From positions 5,225 to 69,224 of the forward strand of contig JAEUKX010000036.1 in NCBI GenBank assembly GCA_016794025.1: DNA of 64,000 bases. The letters are read 5' to 3'. This document shows positions 57,856 to 64,000 of this stretch, in pieces (position 1 is the stretch's first letter; each line of letters starts with the position of its first letter). The translations under genes were made by a program, and so were the position numbers. The notes below the pieces were generated by a model. That model made no database searches. It had not been told where the DNA came from and saw nothing but the letters and a program-made list of their open reading frames with translations. The DNA is from Rhodospirillales bacterium. Lineage in GTDB: Bacteria > Pseudomonadota > Alphaproteobacteria > CACIAM-22H2.

Positions 57856-59760
57856 ATGGCCGGAGCCGCCGCAAACAGCAGTTTCCTGAACAACCTGGGC
57901 CGGATCTACGGGATCTACACCGGGACGTTCGTCGGATTCGTCATCGTCATCGGTATCCTCGAGTTCCTCGGGGTGCCCGACAAAATCCTCGGTTACCTGT
58001 TCGTCTTCCTGACGATTGGCGTCTACGCGCTGATCGGCTGGCTGTCGCGAACGGCCGAAGTCTCGGAATACTACGTCGCCGGACGATCCGTGCCGGCCTT
58101 CTACAACGGCATGGCGACGGGCGCCGACTGGATGTCGGCCGCGTCGTTCATCGGCATGGCCGGCTCGCTCTATTTCGGCGGCTATGACGGCCTTGCCTTC
58201 GTGCTCGGCTGGACGGGCGGGTACGTGCTCGTGTCGATCCTGATGGCGCCGTACCTGCGCAAGTTCGGCCAGTTCACGGTGCCGGACTTCTGCGGCGCAC
58301 GTTACGGCGGCAACGCGGCGCGCACGCTGGCGGTGATCGTGCTGATCACGGCCTCGTTCGTCTACGTGGTGGCGCAGATCAACGGCGTGGGCATCATCAC
58401 CGCCCGCTTCCTCGGTCTCGACTACCAGACCGCGTGCTTCGTCGGCCTCGTCGGCATCCTGGTTTGCTCGATGCTCGGCGGCATGAAGGCGGTCACGTGG
58501 ACGCAGGTCGCCCAGTACATCATCCTGATCCTCGCCTACCTGATCCCGGTCGTGATCATGTCGGCGCAGGTGACGGGCGTTCCGATCCCGCAGCTGATGT
58601 ACGGCCAGGCGCTCGAGAAGATCGAGGCGCTCGAGAAGACCCTCGGCGTCGCGAAGAGCCACGTCGCGGCCTTCTCGGACGCGAAGGGCGCCTTCGACTT
58701 CAAGGTGGCCATCAACTACTTCGCGCTGATGATCTGCCTGATGGTCGGCACGGCGTCGTTGCCGCACATCCTGATGCGCTACTTCACGACGCCGTCGGTC
58801 CGCCAGGCCCGCGATTCGGTCGGCTGGTCGCTGTTCTTCATCTTCCTGCTGTACTTCACGGCGCCGGCCTACGCGGCTTTCGCCAAGCTGGAAGTGTACC
58901 AGAACGTGATCGGCACTTCGGTCGCCTCGCTGCCGACGTGGGTCGCCTCCTGGGGCAAGCCGGGTCTTGCACTGGTCGGAGCCTGCGACGCGGCCAATGC
59001 GGTGCAGTTGTTCCCGCTCTGCACGGGCGTGACGGGTAACGGAGACGGAATCCTCCAGCTTTCGGAGTTCCGCATCCATCCCGACGCGATCGTGCTGGCG
59101 ACGCCGGAAATCGCCGGCCTGCCCTACGTGATCGCGGGCCTCGTGGCCGCCGGCGGTCTCGCGGCAGCGCTGTCGACCGCCGACGGACTGCTGCTGGCGA
59201 TCGCGAACGCGCTCTCGCACGACATCTACTACAAGATGATCGACCCCGAGGCGGATACGAAGCGCCGCCTCATCATCAGCCGAGTGCTCCTCGCGCTGGT
59301 GGCCGTGATCGCGGCGTACGTCGCGGGCACGCTGGGCGCGGGCATCCTGTTCCTGGTGTCGTGGGCCTTCTCCATCGCCGCGTCGGGGCTGTTCGCAGCC
59401 CTCGTGCTCGGCATCTGGTGGAAGCGGGCCGGCGACAGCAGCGGCGTTGCCAGCATGCTCGTGGGTTACGCGGTGTGCATGTTCTTCCTGATCACGACGG
59501 AGTTCTACGGGCCGGCCCTGAAGGGCATGCTCGGCGACCTCGTCACGATCGTGAAGGTGCGCGGCCGCGACGTCGCCTACATCTGGGGCATCAACAACAT
59601 CTCGGTGGGCATCTTCGGCATCCCTGCGGCATTCATCGCCCAGTGGATCGGCGTCAAGATGGGCTCCGAGGCGACCCCCGAGATGCAGACCTTCATCGAC
59701 TCCATCCGGGTCCCGACGGGCGACGTTGCCCTTCTGCCCGGCATGGCGGCGAAGGACTGA
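57856..59760 (+). CDS. Sodium:solute symporter (SSS) family transporter, acetate-permease-like subfamily
   Basis: 634 aa, 13+ TM helices, typical SSS N-terminal region (…YYVAGRSVPAFYNGMATGADWMSAASFIGMAG…). Confidence 0.9.
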   Translation: MAGAAANSSFLNNLGRIYGIYTGTFVGFVIVIGILEFLGVPDKILGYLFVFLTIGVYALIGWLSRTAEVSEYYVAGRSVPAFYNGMATGADWMSAASFIGMAGSLYFGGYDGLAFVLGWTGGYVLVSILMAPYLRKFGQFTVPDFCGARYGGNAARTLAVIVLITASFVYVVAQINGVGIITARFLGLDYQTACFVGLVGILVCSMLGGMKAVTWTQVAQYIILILAYLIPVVIMSAQVTGVPIPQLMYGQALEKIEALEKTLGVAKSHVAAFSDAKGAFDFKVAINYFALMICLMVGTASLPHILMRYFTTPSVRQARDSVGWSLFFIFLLYFTAPAYAAFAKLEVYQNVIGTSVASLPTWVASWGKPGLALVGACDAANAVQLFPLCTGVTGNGDGILQLSEFRIHPDAIVLATPEIAGLPYVIAGLVAAGGLAAALSTADGLLLAIANALSHDIYYKMIDPEADTKRRLIISRVLLALVAVIAAYVAGTLGAGILFLVSWAFSIAASGLFAALVLGIWWKRAGDSSGVASMLVGYAVCMFFLITTEFYGPALKGMLGDLVTIVKVRGRDVAYIWGINNISVGIFGIPAAFIAQWIGVKMGSEATPEMQTFIDSIRVPTGDVALLPGMAAKD

Positions 59761-59798
59761 GACCAAACGACCGCGGACGCCCCCCGCGTCCGCGGCTA

Positions 59799-59833
59799 GG
59801 GGCGGATCCCGAAAGGGATCCGCCCTTTTTTTC
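59799..59833 (+). terminator. Rho-independent terminator after the SSS transporter gene
   Basis: GGGGCGGATCCC-gaaa-GGGATCCGCCC followed by TTTTTTT. Preceded by a second hairpin (GCGGACGC…GCGTCCGC). Confidence 0.8.
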
Positions 59834-59854
59834 ACTTGCGACGGGGCCGGGCGG

Positions 59855-60172
59855 ATGTCGGATTCTGCGTTTTTCCTGAACTACCTGCCGTTCTGGGTCG
59901 TGAATTACGGCCTCGCCATCGTCCTGTGGTCGTGCCTTGGCCGCTTCCTGCTGGCGTTCTTCGTTCCGTCGATGCAGCCGACGAACTACATCTGGCGATG
60001 CTTCGTCGCGCTGACGGACTGGGCCGTTCGCGCAACCGCCGTGGTCACGCCAAGCTTCGTCCCGGCCCTGCTCCTGCCGCCGATCGCCGCATTCTGGATC
60101 TTCCATCTGCGGCTGGTCGCGTTCCTCGTGATGTGGCGCTGGGGCCTCGTGCCGCCGGTTGCGGCAGGCTGA
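59855..60172 (+). CDS. YggT-family small membrane protein
   Basis: 105 aa. …ALTDWAVRATAVVTPSF…LLLPPIAAF… resembles the YggT/Ycf19 core. Confidence 0.55.
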   Translation: MSDSAFFLNYLPFWVVNYGLAIVLWSCLGRFLLAFFVPSMQPTNYIWRCFVALTDWAVRATAVVTPSFVPALLLPPIAAFWIFHLRLVAFLVMWRWGLVPPVAAG

Positions 60173-60182
60173 GGGGGCGGAC

Positions 60183-60506
60183 ATGACACGCTCCCAGGCA
60201 TTCGCGCTCGTCCTCGGCCTCTCGGCCGCGAACGGCATCTTCTCGCCCTATCTCGACCTCGTGCTGGCGCTCTCGCCGGTCTGGCTGCCGACCTGGCTGC
60301 CCGAGTCCGCAGGGCTCCTGTTCTACGCGTCCAGCATGCTGACGGCGACGACGACGCTCCTGGTATCCGGAATTCCGGCAGCCCTGGCCGAGCGTTTCGT
60401 GCACGGCCTGCGCGGGAGCGTCAGCGCCATGGCAATCTGGGCACTGGCGGCCTTCGTCTTGACGCTGCCGGGCCTTGCGCGGCTATTCTTCCTCGTCGCT
60501 CACTAG
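60183..60506 (+). CDS. hypothetical small membrane protein
   Basis: GAGGGGG RBS. Three hydrophobic segments. Confidence 0.4.
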   Translation: MTRSQAFALVLGLSAANGIFSPYLDLVLALSPVWLPTWLPESAGLLFYASSMLTATTTLLVSGIPAALAERFVHGLRGSVSAMAIWALAAFVLTLPGLARLFFLVAH

Positions 60507-60904
60507 CCCGTCCGGCGTACGCCGCCGGAAAGCCCCTTGGAAGAAATCGACCGCATTCGCCGGGCGGCTGCGCAGTCGGTCGGTCGCGGCTGCGGTTTCG
60601 CGCTGCTCGCGATCGGCATGACGATGTTCGGCCTCATCTCGTGGCCCATCCTGGCATTCCGCAGCGGCGCCATTCTCATGGCCCTGATGGCGGCCGTGCT
60701 CGAGCTGCGCCGCACGCTCGCACGCCGTCAGGACTATCGGCGGACGGAAACCTGGCTCCTCATGGGCCAGCAGACAGACATGCCGGCGGCCCGCGCGCAG
60801 CCGGTCATCGTGGGCATACTCGCGGAGACCTATTGGCGCTTCGCGGCTTACGCCGCCGCCCTGTCGCTCCTGTGCTGGCTCCTGATGGCGCTAACGATGG
60901 CCAT

Positions 60905-61840
<936 letters not shown>

Positions 61841-61955
61841 CTGCGTGTCACTCCCCAGTTGATTGGCGCCCTCGAAAGGCGCCGCCGGGCTTCGCCGGCC
61901 CCGGAATTCTGGCGTGAATTGCCGGCCTGCGCAAAGCGCAATCCGCCATTCGCCC

Positions 61956-63044
61956 TCAGGCCGCGCGCAACGGTCCGCGCGCAGGCTCGGCACGCGAAAC
62001 GGCGAGCTGCGCGAAGCGCCCGCGATACTCCGCCGGCGTCATGCCGGTCTGGCGCTTGAACACGCGCCGGAAGAAGGCCTGGTCCTCGTATCCGACCTTG
62101 AGGGCGATGCTCTGGACCGTCTCGTTGCCGGACTCGAGAAGTTCCTTGGCGGCCGTCACGCGCAACATCTGGACATAGGCGCCCGGAACGAAGCCGGTCG
62201 CCGCCTTGAAGCGCCGGATGAAATTCCGCGGCCCCATCGCCGCCCGCTCGGCGAGCCGGGCAATGGGGAGATCGCGCGCGTAGTTCGCCCGGACGTGTTC
62301 CTCGACTTCGCGGATCCGTTCGTCCGAATGCGGGCGCACCTGCGGCACGGCGGAATAGCCGGACTGGCAGCTCCGCGGCATGCCCAGGCACAGCGATTTC
62401 GCGGTCTGCAGCGCCACTTCCCGGCCGCAGAATTTCTCGACGAGATAGAGGCTGACGTCGACGGCGGCATAGACGCCGCCACTGCACAGCACGCGCTCGT
62501 CCTCGGTCACGAACCGTTCGGGATGCCACCGGACGGCCGGATAGCGCTGCCGGAACATGTCGGCCACCCCCCAATGCGTGGTCGCGGTGCGCCCGTCGAG
62601 CAGCCCGCTTTCGGCGAGGAATGCGACGGCAGAGCAGATTCCGACGACGTAGGCACCCTTCGCGTGCCACTTTCGGATCCAGCCCATCAACGATCCGTCG
62701 CGCACGATCCTGTCCTGCAGGTTCCAGCTCGACGCCGATATCACGACGATGTCGGCCTTCTCGACCTCGTCGATCGCGCAGTCGGTCGCGATCGACAGGC
62801 CGAACATGCCGTCGACCTTCCTGCCGCTGCGCGACACGACCTTGACGCGGAATCGCGGCTTCTGGTCGACGCCGCTCAGCCAGTTCCAGATCACGCCCGC
62901 CGAAGCGAAGATCTCGATCGGTGCCACGCCCGTCGAGGCGTAGCCGCCATCAAGCAGCAGGACGGCGACATCGATGACATCGTTGGGCAGGCGTTCGGGC
63001 GGAACGAAAGGCAGGGCGGCGGCAAAGCTTTGGTCATCTGGCAT
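61956..63044 (-). CDS. GlxA-family regulator (DJ-1/PfpI domain + AraC HTH)
   Basis: N-terminal DJ-1/PfpI with conserved Cys (VVGICSAVAFL). C-terminal AraC HTH. Confidence 0.85.
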   Translation of the reverse strand: MPDDQSFAAALPFVPPERLPNDVIDVAVLLLDGGYASTGVAPIEIFASAGVIWNWLSGVDQKPRFRVKVVSRSGRKVDGMFGLSIATDCAIDEVEKADIVVISASSWNLQDRIVRDGSLMGWIRKWHAKGAYVVGICSAVAFLAESGLLDGRTATTHWGVADMFRQRYPAVRWHPERFVTEDERVLCSGGVYAAVDVSLYLVEKFCGREVALQTAKSLCLGMPRSCQSGYSAVPQVRPHSDERIREVEEHVRANYARDLPIARLAERAAMGPRNFIRRFKAATGFVPGAYVQMLRVTAAKELLESGNETVQSIALKVGYEDQAFFRRVFKRQTGMTPAEYRGRFAQLAVSRAEPARGPLRAA

Positions 63045-63159
63045 CGGCGAATCCCCGGACAGGGCAGCGGGCGACAACACATGTCCCGCATCGGCCACCA
63101 CCGGCCAGATGCATTATTGACATCGTTAGGTGGCGATCTTGACATATCCGGGGGCCTCG

Positions 63160-63558
63160 TCAAGCCGGCGGCAAGGGGCCTTCCCAAAGCCCGAACGTGG
63201 CGCCCTGCGGATCGGCAATCAGTGCAATCCGGGCAACCGGCGCTTTGCTGTCGTCAACGACATTGAACGGCCGTACCAGCACGGTTCCGCCGACGCGCAC
63301 AGCGGTTGCCGCGGACTCGTCGACGGACGAAACACAAATGTAGGACGTCCAATGCGGCCGCAGTCGGTTGGCGTTCGCCGGTGCCGAAATCCGATAAAGC
63401 GAGGCCACATCCCGTCCGCCGATCGACAGGCGGTGATAGACGCCGCCATTGGCTCGCGCGGCCCGACACTGCCAGCCGAAGGTCGCGGCATAGAAATCGG
63501 CGGCGCGCGCGACGTCGTCGCATGCCAGATCGTGCCAGCCAAAAGGGATGGGTTCCAT
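63160..63558 (-). CDS. VOC (glyoxalase/bleomycin-resistance) family protein
   Basis: 132-aa glyoxalase fold. Confidence 0.8.
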   Translation of the reverse strand: MEPIPFGWHDLACDDVARAADFYAATFGWQCRAARANGGVYHRLSIGGRDVASLYRISAPANANRLRPHWTSYICVSSVDESAATAVRVGGTVLVRPFNVVDDSKAPVARIALIADPQGATFGLWEGPLPPA

Positions 63559-63627
63559 CGCGCCGCGTCCTGCCAGTGTACGCAGCCGGCTTGACCCCGC
63601 GAAGGGCCCAGCCGGCTGCAGATCCCG

Positions 63628-63900
63628 TCAGACCGCCGTCATCGGGCTGATGACGCTGTGGACTTCGTTGATCTTCGTTGCCGGAAAACCGCTGAGCTTG
63701 GCGTGCTCGCGCACGGCCGCCTCGTTCTCCGCGATGTAGACGCAGAACGTCTTGTCGTCGACGACGTAGGACTCGACCCACTGCGCCTTTCCGGCGAGCT
63801 TGGCGAGCGCCTCGTTCGACGTCGCCGCCGCCTGCTTCAGGCCCTTGCCGTCCAGCTTGTTCACGCCGGGAATTTCTCGTTCGATCACGTAACGCTTCAT
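63628..63900 (-). CDS. DUF4242 domain protein
   Basis: 90 aa (MKRYVIEREIPGV…) typical DUF4242. Confidence 0.7.
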   Translation of the reverse strand: MKRYVIEREIPGVNKLDGKGLKQAAATSNEALAKLAGKAQWVESYVVDDKTFCVYIAENEAAVREHAKLSGFPATKINEVHSVISPMTAV

Positions 63901-64000
63901 CGTTGTCCTCGCTCGCTCGCGTTGAAGGAGCGCGAATGTCGATGAAGTGCGACGGCACCGCCAGCCGGCGATCCTGCCTTCCTTGGGGGACGATCGGGAC

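Overview
The window reads as a high-GC (about 65-70%) alphaproteobacterial chromosomal core segment. It is densely packed, with about 70 coding regions and no transposase, integrase, prophage, CRISPR array or tRNA gene that I could find. A long run on the minus strand holds the housekeeping genes: MTHFS/ymdB, yebC-ruvCAB, ybgC-tolQRAB, two pal copies with cpoB, tilS, ftsH, folP-glmM-thiD, and sahR-metF-metH-panC with ettA. Several less ordinary modules sit between them: (1) three tandem paralogous MocR-family (GntR-HTH/aminotransferase) regulators, the third lacking the PLP-binding lysine, divergent from a DUF1127-paiB-phzF-GNAT-GNAT-lysE array; (2) a Tol-Pal locus carrying an extra pal paralog, an OmpA-like lipoprotein gene, a 245-nt noncoding spacer and an internal terminator; (3) a membrane-anchored PAS-DEDDh exonuclease convergently overlapping a CBS-DUF294 nucleotidyltransferase, next to a His-repeat COG0523 metallochaperone; (4) a LuxR regulator fused to an alpha/beta-hydrolase fold with a degenerate nucleophile elbow; (5) a candidate 6S RNA upstream of the MTHFS gene; (6) an N-terminally truncated KdpD-like/KdpE-like two-component pair beside a metabolite:H+ symporter (MHS) with a large hydrophilic insertion; (7) an apparently dead trypsin-fold/PDZ protein. 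Most long ORFs on the strand opposite real genes are GC-driven shadow ORFs. The six-frame track appears to translate GTG/TTG starts as M, so I reassigned start codons from domain boundaries and RBS/overlap context. In places my reading of the printed sequence and the track arithmetic disagreed by one base, so start/end coordinates may be off by 1 nt.
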